A stretch of 64,000 nucleotides of DNA from a virus. Lineage: Duplodnaviria > Heunggongvirae > Uroviricota > Caudoviricetes. Location: IMG/VR virus record IMGVR_UViG_3300036766_002280, positions 54,803-118,802 of that record. The stretch is one strand, 5' to 3'. The position numbers and the translations under genes are program-made. Below are positions 9,853 through 18,579 of the stretch, one piece after another. The notes below the pieces were generated by a model. That model made no database searches, was not told where the DNA came from, and worked only from the letters and a program-made list of their open reading frames with translations. Position 1 is the stretch's first letter; every line of letters starts with the position of its first letter.

Positions 9853-10104
9853 ATGTCCGATAATAAAATTCTTATCTCCAAAGTAAAGCAAGCCGTTAAT
9901 CTTTCTCTCTACGAAGCGGGAAAGATTCTGTATGAAAGTTTTTGTGGTTTACCCGAATACGAAGTTGTCGGAGACAAAGTGGTTAGAAAAATTTCGTGGG
10001 AAAAGTTATCAGCCAAGTCTCAGGAGCTTTACATGGGTTTGGCATCAGCTTTGATACAAGAGCAAATGAAAAGATTAAAACTGGATTTTGAAGAATTTTA
10101 TTAA
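9853..10104 (+). CDS. hypothetical protein
   Basis: 83-aa ORF. Confidence 0.4.
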   Translation: MSDNKILISKVKQAVNLSLYEAGKILYESFCGLPEYEVVGDKVVRKISWEKLSAKSQELYMGLASALIQEQMKRLKLDFEEFY

Positions 10105-10129
10105 AATAAAAGATTTTTCTTGATTTTGG

Positions 10130-10159
10130 TAAACTGGTTATATTATAATATGATTTTTA
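10130..10159 (+). promoter_or_regulatory. sigma70-like promoter (cassette variant)
   Basis: ttgatt ... tataat, about 15 bp upstream of the 10174 ATG. Confidence 0.45.
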
Positions 10160-10173
10160 CTTGGAATTAGAAA

Positions 10174-10575
10174 ATGAAAGTAATTGATAAAATTAATTTA
10201 TCTGGATTTTTAACAGGCATGTCAAGAGGGGTTGTTGTTCTTGATGAGAATTTGATTGTATTAAAAGATTCTTTGAGGGACGAGCACATCAAAGTAATTA
10301 TTCCAGAAAGGTTTTTAACAGATGATGCTATAAAACATCAACTTCTTTCTCATCGAATTTTGATTACAAATAATTCAGCAGATTTTGTAGAGGATGCTAC
10401 TGCTATTGAGTATGGAATTATTGCTACTGAAAATATCAAGTTCAAGGATAATTTGAAACTGTCAAAAATGATTTCAAAAGCTATAGTAAAGTTTGATCTC
10501 TGGTCTCATCAATCTGGTTTTATTTTAACGTTACAATCAGATGGCAAACATGATTTTAAGGTTCTTCCACGGTAA
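10174..10575 (+). CDS. DUF5615/Mut7-C-like PIN-fold protein (paralog of 5385..5828)
   Basis: VVLDENLIVLKDSLRDEHIKV...RILITNNSADFVED. Confidence 0.45.
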   Translation: MKVIDKINLSGFLTGMSRGVVVLDENLIVLKDSLRDEHIKVIIPERFLTDDAIKHQLLSHRILITNNSADFVEDATAIEYGIIATENIKFKDNLKLSKMISKAIVKFDLWSHQSGFILTLQSDGKHDFKVLPR

Positions 10576-10581
10576 AGGAAC

Positions 10582-11547
10582 ATGACAAATTTCAAAGAAA
10601 AAACTTATGATGTTGGCGTAATTATCGGAAGATTTCAGGTACCTGAGCTTCACGATGCACATAAGTATTTGATTGATCGTGTGATTGCAAAACACAAACG
10701 AGTTATTATTCTAATTGGAGTAACATCAACTCTCGGCACAAAAAGTAATCCACTTGATTTTCCTTCAAGAGTTGGGCTGTTTAAAGAGTATTTAACGAAA
10801 TTTGAAACAAGAATAATTCTTCATCCACTAACTGATGTGCCGGGAAATGATGAGGTCTGGAGTAAACAACTAGATCGTATCGTCAGAAGCGTTATTCCTC
10901 TTGGCACAGTTTCGCTCTACGGCGGAAGAGATTCTTTTATTAGGCATTACTCAGGTGGATTTGATACCTACGAGTTAGGATTTGAAAGCGATTCAGAGGG
11001 AAAGAAAATGAGAAAAGAATGTAGTCAAGTTCTTATTGATAGTAGAGATTTTAGAGCAGGTCAAATCTATCAGTCTCAAAATCAATTTCCAAAAGTATTT
11101 CCTACAGTTGATATCGCAGTGGTTCGACAGGGAGACATTGGCTTAGAGGTCTTAATGGGACTAAAGCCAAATCATAATGGCTTTAGTTTTCCCGGTGGGT
11201 TTGCGGACCCTACAGATGAGAACTACCAAGAAACAGCTAGAAGAGAATTATCGGAAGAAGTGGATGTGGAAATTGATTTATTTCTTCGATGTGTCGGGAG
11301 CTATCGAATAGCTGATCCACGTTACACTGGAGAAGAAAGAATTATAACAACTTTGTTTCTAGCTGATTATGTTTTTGGATCTGGGGCACCAAAATCTGAG
11401 TTCATAGAAACAGAATGGTTTAAGTTAGATCCTTCAAATTTAGGATTTGTGGCGGACAACCACAAACAATTATTTTTGGATATAGTTCAGTTTTGTAGAG
11501 ATTTTAATATCAAAAGGAAGACAAAAAGTAAGGAAGGAAGAGTTTGA
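10582..11547 (+). CDS. bifunctional NMN adenylyltransferase / Nudix hydrolase (NadM/NatV-like)
   Basis: N-terminal nucleotidyltransferase GRFQVPELHDAH (GRFQPxHxGH-like). C-terminal Nudix box GGFADPTDENYQETARRELSEEVDV. Confidence 0.75.
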   Translation: MTNFKEKTYDVGVIIGRFQVPELHDAHKYLIDRVIAKHKRVIILIGVTSTLGTKSNPLDFPSRVGLFKEYLTKFETRIILHPLTDVPGNDEVWSKQLDRIVRSVIPLGTVSLYGGRDSFIRHYSGGFDTYELGFESDSEGKKMRKECSQVLIDSRDFRAGQIYQSQNQFPKVFPTVDIAVVRQGDIGLEVLMGLKPNHNGFSFPGGFADPTDENYQETARRELSEEVDVEIDLFLRCVGSYRIADPRYTGEERIITTLFLADYVFGSGAPKSEFIETEWFKLDPSNLGFVADNHKQLFLDIVQFCRDFNIKRKTKSKEGRV

Positions 11548-12941
11548 AACTTAATACCAAAGCAAAATCAGACGTACTCACCCACGGTGGAGGAAATGCA
11601 AAATGGGTATCACCAGAACTGATGTTAAAGCGATCTGTTTGTGCCTGCCTTTTATGGGAAAATGAATTTTACGAAGATGGAGAAACCATTACTAAAAGAA
11701 TCAAATCCTTAGTTCCACAGTGTGATCCTCAGTTTGTTTCTGAGCTTGCAATTGAGGCAAGAACAGTAATGAATCTCCGTCATGTTCCTTTACTGCTTGC
11801 AGTGGAAATGACCAAGTATGCTATACACAAGAAGTATGTAGCCATGACCTTGGAAAAGATTATTCAACGTCCTGATGAAATTACTGAGTATCTGGCAATT
11901 TACTTCGGAGGAAGCGATAGAAGGGTTCTGAAAAGTAAACTTTCTAAACAAAGTAAAAAAGGTTTACGAGCGGCATTCTACAAGTTCAATGAATACTCCT
12001 TAGCGAAGTACAACCAAGATGGAGGAATCAAGTTACGAGATGCACTGTTTCTTGTTCATGCCAATCCAAAAACTGAGGCTCAGGCAGATCTGTTCAAAAG
12101 ATTAGCTGACAAGGAATTAAAAACTCCTGATACTTGGGAAGTGGCACTTAGTGCTGGTGCAAATAAGAAAGAAACTTTTCTTCGTTTGATACAAGAAAAG
12201 AAACTTGGGGCACTTGCGTTTCTTAAGAATCTTCGTGGCATGCATGAATCTGGAGTTTCCGAATCAGTTGTAGCCGAATACATAGCGAATGTGGATCTGT
12301 CCAAAGTATTACCATTTAGGTTTATTTCAGCGGCAAGGATGGTTCCTCAGTGGGAATCCGTAATAGACATCGGATTCTTAAGACGTACCACCCAGATGCC
12401 GAAATTGAAAGGAAAAACGGTAGTAATTATCGATGTCTCTGGAAGTATGTATGGTTCTAGGGTGAGTGCAAAATCTGATATGACCAGAGCCTTAGCGGCT
12501 TGTGCTTTAGCGGCTATTTGCAGAGAACTTTGTGAAACCTCTTCTATCTATGCAACAGCAGGTAATGATGGAATGAGAATTCATAAGACTGTTTTAGTTC
12601 CAAGCCGTCATGGAATGGCTTTAGTGGATGCAATTCATTCCCTGTCTCATCCTCTTGGTGGAGGTGGTATCTTTCTTAAACAGGTTATGGACTATGTTCG
12701 TACTCAAGAAAAGACAGCAGATAGAACAATCATTATCACGGATGAGCAGGATTGTTCTCAAGGGGAAGAAGATAGTCCTTCTCGGGCGCTGCCTCTTGGC
12801 ACTGGATATCTGATTAACGTTGCTTCTAATCAATTCGGAATTGGGTATGATAGGTGGACTCACTTTGATGGTTTTTCTGAATCAATCATGACCTATCTTA
12901 TCGAAGCTGAAAAATGGAAATTAGCTTACAATAGAAAATAG
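11544..12941 (+). CDS. rsr: Ro60-like (TROVE) protein with C-terminal vWA/MIDAS domain
   Basis: C-terminal vWA with MIDAS DVSGSM, then ...TDEQD. Length 465 aa and N-terminal region are compatible with TROVE. A structured ncRNA candidate follows immediately. Confidence 0.5.
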   Translation: MKLNTKAKSDVLTHGGGNAKWVSPELMLKRSVCACLLWENEFYEDGETITKRIKSLVPQCDPQFVSELAIEARTVMNLRHVPLLLAVEMTKYAIHKKYVAMTLEKIIQRPDEITEYLAIYFGGSDRRVLKSKLSKQSKKGLRAAFYKFNEYSLAKYNQDGGIKLRDALFLVHANPKTEAQADLFKRLADKELKTPDTWEVALSAGANKKETFLRLIQEKKLGALAFLKNLRGMHESGVSESVVAEYIANVDLSKVLPFRFISAARMVPQWESVIDIGFLRRTTQMPKLKGKTVVIIDVSGSMYGSRVSAKSDMTRALAACALAAICRELCETSSIYATAGNDGMRIHKTVLVPSRHGMALVDAIHSLSHPLGGGGIFLKQVMDYVRTQEKTADRTIIITDEQDCSQGEEDSPSRALPLGTGYLINVASNQFGIGYDRWTHFDGFSESIMTYLIEAEKWKLAYNRK

Positions 12942-12944
12942 CTC

Positions 12945-13440
12945 GAGCAGCGTAGATATGGGTTACTTCGATAAAGTTGGTTCAAATCCAATCGACCCTA
13001 GTGCGAAGGCAATAGGATTTGGTAAACCTGTAACGAATGTTCTCTCTAGCAATAAATTGATTCTTGAGCGGTGTAGAATTCAGGTACTTCCCGTTAATGA
13101 GCTTTTCCTGAAGTCGATTGTTCCCTCAAGACAAGAACTTTCAAATATAGCGGGCGGTGTAGACAAGGGTTACTTCATACGAGAACTGCCGTCTCGTAAG
13201 AGACTCAGAGGTTCGATTCCTCTCCGAGCCGAAAGGCCAGGTGGCGAAGTGGTTAACGCAGCAGATAGAATCCCTTATCGATTGTTCCCCCGCTAGGCAA
13301 GGCAAGGCAGGACAGACAATCAGTGGATAAGTATCCAGGTTGTTCCGAGCCTTTAGGTGCTGGCGCAGTGTAGAATTCAGGTACTTCCCGTTAAGGAGCC
13401 TTTCCTGAAGTCGATTGTTCTCGCCAGCACTTTTTGTTTT
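12945..13440 (+). ncRNA. Y-RNA-like structured ncRNA(s) with tRNA-like modules
   Basis: Non-coding gap after the rsr-like gene. Two near-identical 55-nt hairpin modules (13069-13124 and 13366-13420). T-arm mimic agaggTTCGATTcctct (13207-13223). D-arm-like ggccaggtggcgaAGTGGTTAAcgc (13235-13260). Terminal stem gtgctggcg/cgccagcac plus TTTTTGTTTT. Confidence 0.45.
13357..13440 (+). terminator. rho-independent terminator closing the ncRNA region
   Basis: gtgctggcg ... cgccagcac stem followed by a T-run at 13431-13440. Confidence 0.55.
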
Positions 13441-13474
13441 AAGGAATACTTTCCAGTAGAACTTTTGGAGGAGT

Positions 13475-14077
13475 ATGGAGCAATTTAGTATTTCAGTAAA
13501 AGATTATTTAAAAAAATTAATGGCTGTTGGTAATTTTGTAAGAGCTGAGAAATCAAGTTTTTCAGATTCACTAGATTATTTAAAATCTAAAAATTTCGAT
13601 TTTGTTTTGATAGGTGGTCTGGCAACATCACATTATTCTCCTCCTAGACTTACGGAAGATATTGATATTTTTTTAGAAAATGAACAAAAATTGGAAGAAT
13701 TCAAAAGGCTTTCTTTAGGAGAAGTTAAATGGATTAGAAAACATGCATTTATTTGTTCTGGAATTGAAGTAGAAGTTTTAACTCCTGAATTTTTAAGTAT
13801 TCCTTCTAAAATTTCGGATTATGTTTTTAGTACTAAAGTAGAAAAATCTTCTGGACTTTTTATTCCTTCTCCAGAAGGTGTTCTTCTGCTAAAACTTGAA
13901 GCCTTGAGAGATTTTCCAGACAAGCAAGATATCTACAATATAATTAAAACTCAAGGACAAAGTTTAGATCTTGAAATTGTAAAAAGTTTAACATCAGAAA
14001 AAGGAAGATTATTTTTAGACGAGGTAGTTAAAAATTTAAAGATTTTTCTAGAAGATCGATTAGAAGAAGAAGCTTAA
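13475..14077 (+). CDS. hypothetical protein, possible nucleotidyltransferase fold
   Basis: FVLIGGLATSHY...RLTEDIDIFL resembles minimal-NTase/AbiEii-like motifs. Weak. Confidence 0.3.
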   Translation: MEQFSISVKDYLKKLMAVGNFVRAEKSSFSDSLDYLKSKNFDFVLIGGLATSHYSPPRLTEDIDIFLENEQKLEEFKRLSLGEVKWIRKHAFICSGIEVEVLTPEFLSIPSKISDYVFSTKVEKSSGLFIPSPEGVLLLKLEALRDFPDKQDIYNIIKTQGQSLDLEIVKSLTSEKGRLFLDEVVKNLKIFLEDRLEEEA

Positions 14078-14097
14078 CAAAGGAAAGGAAGAAACGT

Positions 14098-15495
14098 ATG
14101 CGTAAAAATCTTTTGCTTTTGACGGATAGTTACAAGTTTTCTCACTGGAAACAATATCCTCCGGGAACGGAAAAAGTATTTTCTTACTTTGAATCAAGAG
14201 GTGGAGATTTTGAACGAACCATATTCTTTGGGCTGCAATACTTTTTGAAGGAATATCTTGAAGGATGCTCTTTTTCAGAAACAGATATTGCGCAAGCTAG
14301 AGTCTATGTTGAAGCACATATTGGACCTGGCATCTTCAACGAAGAGGGCTGGCAATATATTTTGAGGGAGCACAAGGGTAAGTTACCAGTCAAAATCCAG
14401 GCCGTCCCAGAAGGAATGTCAGTTCCAACGTCAAACGTTTTGATGACGATCGAAAATACGGATCCAAAATGCTTTTGGTTGACCAACTATCTGGAGACTT
14501 TACTTGTTCAAGTTTGGTATCCTACAACTGTGGCTACCCTTTCAAGAGAAATGAAAGAAGTTCTAACGGGGTATCTGGAAGAAACAGGAGATCCTGCTTT
14601 AGTTAATTTTAAACTTCATGATTTTGGATTCAGAGGAGTTAGTTCGGTAGAAAGTGCTGGTATCGGTGGAGCAGCTCATCTTGTAAACTTTATGGGCACG
14701 GATACAGTTCAAGCACTTGTGGTAGCAAATGATTATTACAATGAGCCAATGGCTGGATTTAGTATTCCTGCGGCAGAGCATTCTACGATTACAAGTTGGG
14801 GGCGTCATAATGAGGTCAAGGCCTTCGATAACATGATTACTCAATTTCCAAAAGGATTGGTTGCTGTGGTATCGGACTCTTACGATATCTATCGAGCCTG
14901 CGCTGTTCTTTGGGGAACGGAATTAAGAGACAAGGTTCTTGCCCGGGATGGAGTACTCATCATCAGACCTGATTCTGGGGAAGCAACTGAAGTTATTCCA
15001 CGAGTTTTAAAAACTCTTGGAAGTGCCTTTGGATATGAATTGAACAAGAAAGGTTACAAAGTTCTTAACCCAAAAGTAAGAGTTATTCAAGGAGATGGAG
15101 TTGATTACGATTCCATGCATGAGATTCTGTCCGTAATGAAACGGGATGGATGGAGTGCTGATAATATCGCCTTCGGAATGGGAGGGGCTTTACTGCAGAA
15201 GTTGAACCGGGATACGCAAAAGTTTGCCTTTAAATGCTCGAGCGTCACTATCAATGGGATAGAGCAGGATGTATTTAAAGAACCAGCGGATACTCCTTGG
15301 AAGAAATCAAAAGCAGGTAGACTTAAACTTTGCAAGGGATCGATGGGTGGGAAAATTGTTTGGTATACCACCCAAGAATCTACTCCGTATCATACTCATT
15401 CAAAGGATATGCTAGAAACTGTATTTTTGAATGGAGAAATTGTAAAGACGTATTCATTTGCAGAGGTTCGCGCCAATGCGAAGATAGAGGAATAA
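14098..15495 (+). CDS. nadV: nicotinamide phosphoribosyltransferase (NAMPT/NadV)
   Basis: 465 aa. FGFRGVSS, VVSDSYDIY, IRPDSGEATEV and QGDGVD are typical of the NAMPT/PBEF family. Confidence 0.85.
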   Translation: MRKNLLLLTDSYKFSHWKQYPPGTEKVFSYFESRGGDFERTIFFGLQYFLKEYLEGCSFSETDIAQARVYVEAHIGPGIFNEEGWQYILREHKGKLPVKIQAVPEGMSVPTSNVLMTIENTDPKCFWLTNYLETLLVQVWYPTTVATLSREMKEVLTGYLEETGDPALVNFKLHDFGFRGVSSVESAGIGGAAHLVNFMGTDTVQALVVANDYYNEPMAGFSIPAAEHSTITSWGRHNEVKAFDNMITQFPKGLVAVVSDSYDIYRACAVLWGTELRDKVLARDGVLIIRPDSGEATEVIPRVLKTLGSAFGYELNKKGYKVLNPKVRVIQGDGVDYDSMHEILSVMKRDGWSADNIAFGMGGALLQKLNRDTQKFAFKCSSVTINGIEQDVFKEPADTPWKKSKAGRLKLCKGSMGGKIVWYTTQESTPYHTHSKDMLETVFLNGEIVKTYSFAEVRANAKIEE

Positions 15496-15500
15496 TAGTA

Positions 15501-15641
15501 ATGTATAGAGTTATTTTTTGCGATTACACGATATTGGAAAAACAGTTGAATGAAGCAGAAAAAAAGGGTTACGAAGTAATTCATCTTAGCTATGATTCGA
15601 ACGAATCACAATTCATAATTGTTTGTAAAAATTCTGAATAG
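15501..15641 (+). CDS. hypothetical small protein (46 aa)
   Basis: RBS gaggaataatagtaATG. Confidence 0.25.
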   Translation: MYRVIFCDYTILEKQLNEAEKKGYEVIHLSYDSNESQFIIVCKNSE

Positions 15642-15643
15642 TT

Positions 15644-15731
15644 GGAAGGCTGGCTGAGTCCGGTTTAAAGCGCTAGTTTTGAGAACTAGAGAAGGTAAAA
15701 TCTTCCGTGGGTTCGAATCCCACGCCTTCCT
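15644..15731 (+). tRNA. tRNA-Ser (anticodon TGA), type II with long variable arm
   Basis: Acceptor ggaaggc/gccttcc. Anticodon stem ctagt/actag with loop ttTGAga. Variable arm gaag-gtaaaat-cttc. T-arm gtgggTTCGAATcccac. No encoded CCA. Confidence 0.7.
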
Positions 15732-15743
15732 TGCTTGCTTGAA

Positions 15744-15820
15744 TGGACTGTAGCTCAGCTGGCTAGAGCAGTTTCCCTATAAGAGACAGGTCGTTGGTTC
15801 GAGTCCAACCAGTCCAACCA
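15744..15820 (+). tRNA. tRNA, anticodon TAT (Ile-like), CCA encoded
   Basis: Acceptor tggactg/cagtcca + a + CCA. D-arm gctc-agctggcta-gagc. Anticodon stem gtttc/gagac with loop ccTATaa (unusual C33). T-arm gttggTTCGAGTccaac. Confidence 0.6.
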
Positions 15821-15857
15821 TAAGATTTTTTAGTGATAAAACTTACAAAGGAGAACA

Positions 15858-16370
15858 ATGCTGATACCATTTAGAGATGAAGCAGAAACGAACGCCTGGA
15901 ATGAAATGCACCTTGTTTTTTGGAAGTATGAATTGTCGGCGGTTCAAGTTCTTGGAATAGCCAACTATCTTGAATATACCACAAGGCTGCTGATTTCAAA
16001 AACAGAAAGTGACCATAATAAAGCAGAACGGATTGAGAAGTGGATTGACGGCATAACCATATCTAGAGCATCAAAAGCTCAAAATATCGACCCACCTTCC
16101 AAAGAATGCAGAGCTACCACAAAAGCCATCGCAATAATAATTTTCAGAAAGCACAATCTTATTCCAGATGCTATCGATACTGAAAAAGAAGGTCTTCTCC
16201 TGCGGTATGATAACGCCATCAATCATCGTAATATGTTTATCGAAGTTACAAAAGATCTGACAACCAATGCTGTGGTAGAGGAAAACAGTGTAATTCTTTC
16301 AGCTCCTAAAAATATTCTGCTTACAAACGACGATATCAAACAGATAATTGAAGTCTGGACGGAACCCTAA
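15858..16370 (+). CDS. hypothetical protein
   Basis: RBS aaaggagaacaATG. Confidence 0.5.
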   Translation: MLIPFRDEAETNAWNEMHLVFWKYELSAVQVLGIANYLEYTTRLLISKTESDHNKAERIEKWIDGITISRASKAQNIDPPSKECRATTKAIAIIIFRKHNLIPDAIDTEKEGLLLRYDNAINHRNMFIEVTKDLTTNAVVEENSVILSAPKNILLTNDDIKQIIEVWTEP

Positions 16371-16373
16371 CAA

Positions 16374-16679
16374 ATGGAACAATTCTGCGCACTATGCAGA
16401 CAATCCTTTGATGTTGAAGATAGTAAAGGAGTTGTTGCACATCTAGAGCTGGAACATCCTGTTCCAGCTGGAGGATTTAGATTTTTCTTTGAAGGTAGAA
16501 TCTTCTTTTCTAATAGGGCATCTATGCTGGTGCTGGACATAGTAGCTCTGACTGGTGGAAGTATTACTAATCAGGTGTTTGAACAACGTGGTGGTGAGAG
16601 ATTTTACTTAAGTCATTTAAGTTCTGTGGATCTTACTCATGAGCCACATTTGTATATTTGTATTTCTGCAACTTACTAG
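16374..16679 (+). CDS. hypothetical protein
   Basis: 101-aa ORF. Confidence 0.4.
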   Translation: MEQFCALCRQSFDVEDSKGVVAHLELEHPVPAGGFRFFFEGRIFFSNRASMLVLDIVALTGGSITNQVFEQRGGERFYLSHLSSVDLTHEPHLYICISATY

Positions 16680-16704
16680 TTACTAGCTAAATTGAAAGGT
16701 TAAA

Positions 16705-17832
16705 ATGTCATCTGTATACCCTCTGTTAAATAATTCTCTACTTATCGAACTTCTGCAGGACAACGCCGAACAAAAAATAAATGAAATTGTGCAAAAATGG
16801 GAAGAACCTCATCGATTCTATCATTCGTTCGATAACCATCTTCGTAAGCTCTTGGACATGATTGATAATATCAAATCAGAGCAGATAGAAGATTTGGAAG
16901 GAGTGATTAACGACGTAGCTTACTATTTGGATATACTGCGAGTAATTGCAGTCTTCCACGATGTGTTTTATGATCCCATGAGTAAGCAGAATGAAGAGTT
17001 ATCAGTTCAATATTTTAAACGAGTTTGTACGAATACAATCCACCCAGCTTATAATATCATTGTAGAAGCTATCGAAGATACAAAATATCATCAACCTCGA
17101 AATCCTTTTTCCAGAGCTTTTTGTGAGTTGGACCTTTTTGATCTTATTCATGGCAGTTTGAAATCTATTTTAGCTAACGAGATCCTTTTATTTAAAGAGT
17201 ACCAATTTTGTGATTACTCGTTGTACAAGGAAGGACGAGTAAAGTTCTTGAGAAAGTTTGTTGACGATCATACCGGTAAGAAATTAGGACGATACCACAT
17301 TATCATGTCTGATTTACAAGCACAAATTTTTGAACAATATATAGAATATATCGAGCATCGGGTTCCTCATATCGGAGTTTACGCAGGGTCATTCAATCCT
17401 TTTCATAAGGGGCATTTAAACATTCTTCAAAAGGCGGAAAAAGTTTTTGATAAAGTAATTATTGCTTTGGGGCTTAATCGTGTTAAAGATATCGTCAAAG
17501 TAGGGGATTCTCAATGGAGGCAGAAAATGATTAAAGATCTTCTTCCCTACCATCAGGTGGAAGAATTTACTGGTTTTCTTGCAGACTATTTACGAAGTAA
17601 ATGCGAGCATTCCCGTATTACACTAATTCGTGGTCTCCGAAATGGTGATGATTTTTCTTATGAACTTCTCCAGCATAGATTCTTGCAGGATCAATTTCCT
17701 AGTATCAGCGTTATCTGGATTCCCTGCGATAGAGAGTACGATTACATTTCGTCTTCAGCTATTAGACAAATTGAATGGATAGATCCTAAAGCAACATTGC
17801 CTTACGTTGTCCAATCAATGAGAAAAGACTAA
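16705..17832 (+). CDS. HD-domain / NadD-like nucleotidyltransferase fusion protein
   Basis: C-terminal GVYAGSFNPFHKGHLNIL matches (H/T)xGH cytidylyltransferase-like NadD/NMNAT. N-terminal half has an HD-like AVFHDVFYDP motif. Confidence 0.55.
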   Translation: MSSVYPLLNNSLLIELLQDNAEQKINEIVQKWEEPHRFYHSFDNHLRKLLDMIDNIKSEQIEDLEGVINDVAYYLDILRVIAVFHDVFYDPMSKQNEELSVQYFKRVCTNTIHPAYNIIVEAIEDTKYHQPRNPFSRAFCELDLFDLIHGSLKSILANEILLFKEYQFCDYSLYKEGRVKFLRKFVDDHTGKKLGRYHIIMSDLQAQIFEQYIEYIEHRVPHIGVYAGSFNPFHKGHLNILQKAEKVFDKVIIALGLNRVKDIVKVGDSQWRQKMIKDLLPYHQVEEFTGFLADYLRSKCEHSRITLIRGLRNGDDFSYELLQHRFLQDQFPSISVIWIPCDREYDYISSSAIRQIEWIDPKATLPYVVQSMRKD

Positions 17833-17896
17833 TGTTTAATGCTATTGATAATGCCCCTTTAAAATTGAAAAATGGCTCTTTGGGATGAAGTAGACT

Positions 17897-18241
17897 ATGC
17901 CCTACAAAGTCAAGTTATCAAAAGTACAGTTAGATATACTTAGAAGATTGTACAATGATTTTGATAATCATATAATTGTAGTTAGGGAACGTACTGGTTA
18001 CGGACTTAGATCCTATTACAGATTTTTAAACGCTCCGCAAGACAAAGTTACTTTAACTCCTTTGAAGAATCTTTGTGATAGACAAATGTTAATTGTTAAT
18101 GCCAATGGGGCATGTTCTATTACTACCAAGGGAAAAGATTTTATGTATCTAGTTCAGAAACGAGATGAATTGAATCAGGAATTGAAACAATTGGAGGATG
18201 ATTTCAAACGACGTTATGCAAAACAAGTTAAAGCTCAGTAA
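17897..18241 (+). CDS. hypothetical protein (tandem paralog A)
   Basis: KLSKVQLDILRRLYNDFDN. Paralogous to the next gene. Confidence 0.45.
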   Translation: MPYKVKLSKVQLDILRRLYNDFDNHIIVVRERTGYGLRSYYRFLNAPQDKVTLTPLKNLCDRQMLIVNANGACSITTKGKDFMYLVQKRDELNQELKQLEDDFKRRYAKQVKAQ

Positions 18242-18557
18242 ACTACAAATAGCAATCTTAAAACGTTTATACAATGATTCTATCGATGGAATTGTTGCAA
18301 TACCTAGTAGTACTGGAACTTTGTTTAAGTTTAGACAGGAGCCACAGGAATTCATTCGATTCGATACTATGAATAGTTTAAGAAAGACTGGACTGCTTTC
18401 CTACAACGAAGATGGAACGTATTTCGATTTGAGTTCTAATGGGTTAGTTTTTGTAGTCAACCAGAAGAAAAGAGAAGAAGCCAGTATCTTCAAAGCTATT
18501 ATTGCCCGGATACCGAAGGAATTACGAGAACCTAAACGGAAGTACTTTAAAGGATAA
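18216..18557 (+). CDS. hypothetical protein (tandem paralog B)
   Basis: KLSKLQIAILKRLYNDSIDG. Start placed at the in-frame ATG at 18216. Confidence 0.4.
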   Translation: MQNKLKLSKLQIAILKRLYNDSIDGIVAIPSSTGTLFKFRQEPQEFIRFDTMNSLRKTGLLSYNEDGTYFDLSSNGLVFVVNQKKREEASIFKAIIARIPKELREPKRKYFKG

Positions 18558-18579
18558 TAAGAAGACTAGAAAATAATCC

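Noticed and set aside
9614-9853. Alternative hydrophobic frame overlapping the Gly/Ser-rich ORF
   Set aside because: No RBS at its start, whereas the 9490 ORF has GGAGG. Kept only as a note.
12958-13296. 112-aa + strand ORF after the rsr-like gene
   Set aside because: No RBS. It spans hairpin repeats and the T-arm/D-arm mimics. Better explained as a structured ncRNA.
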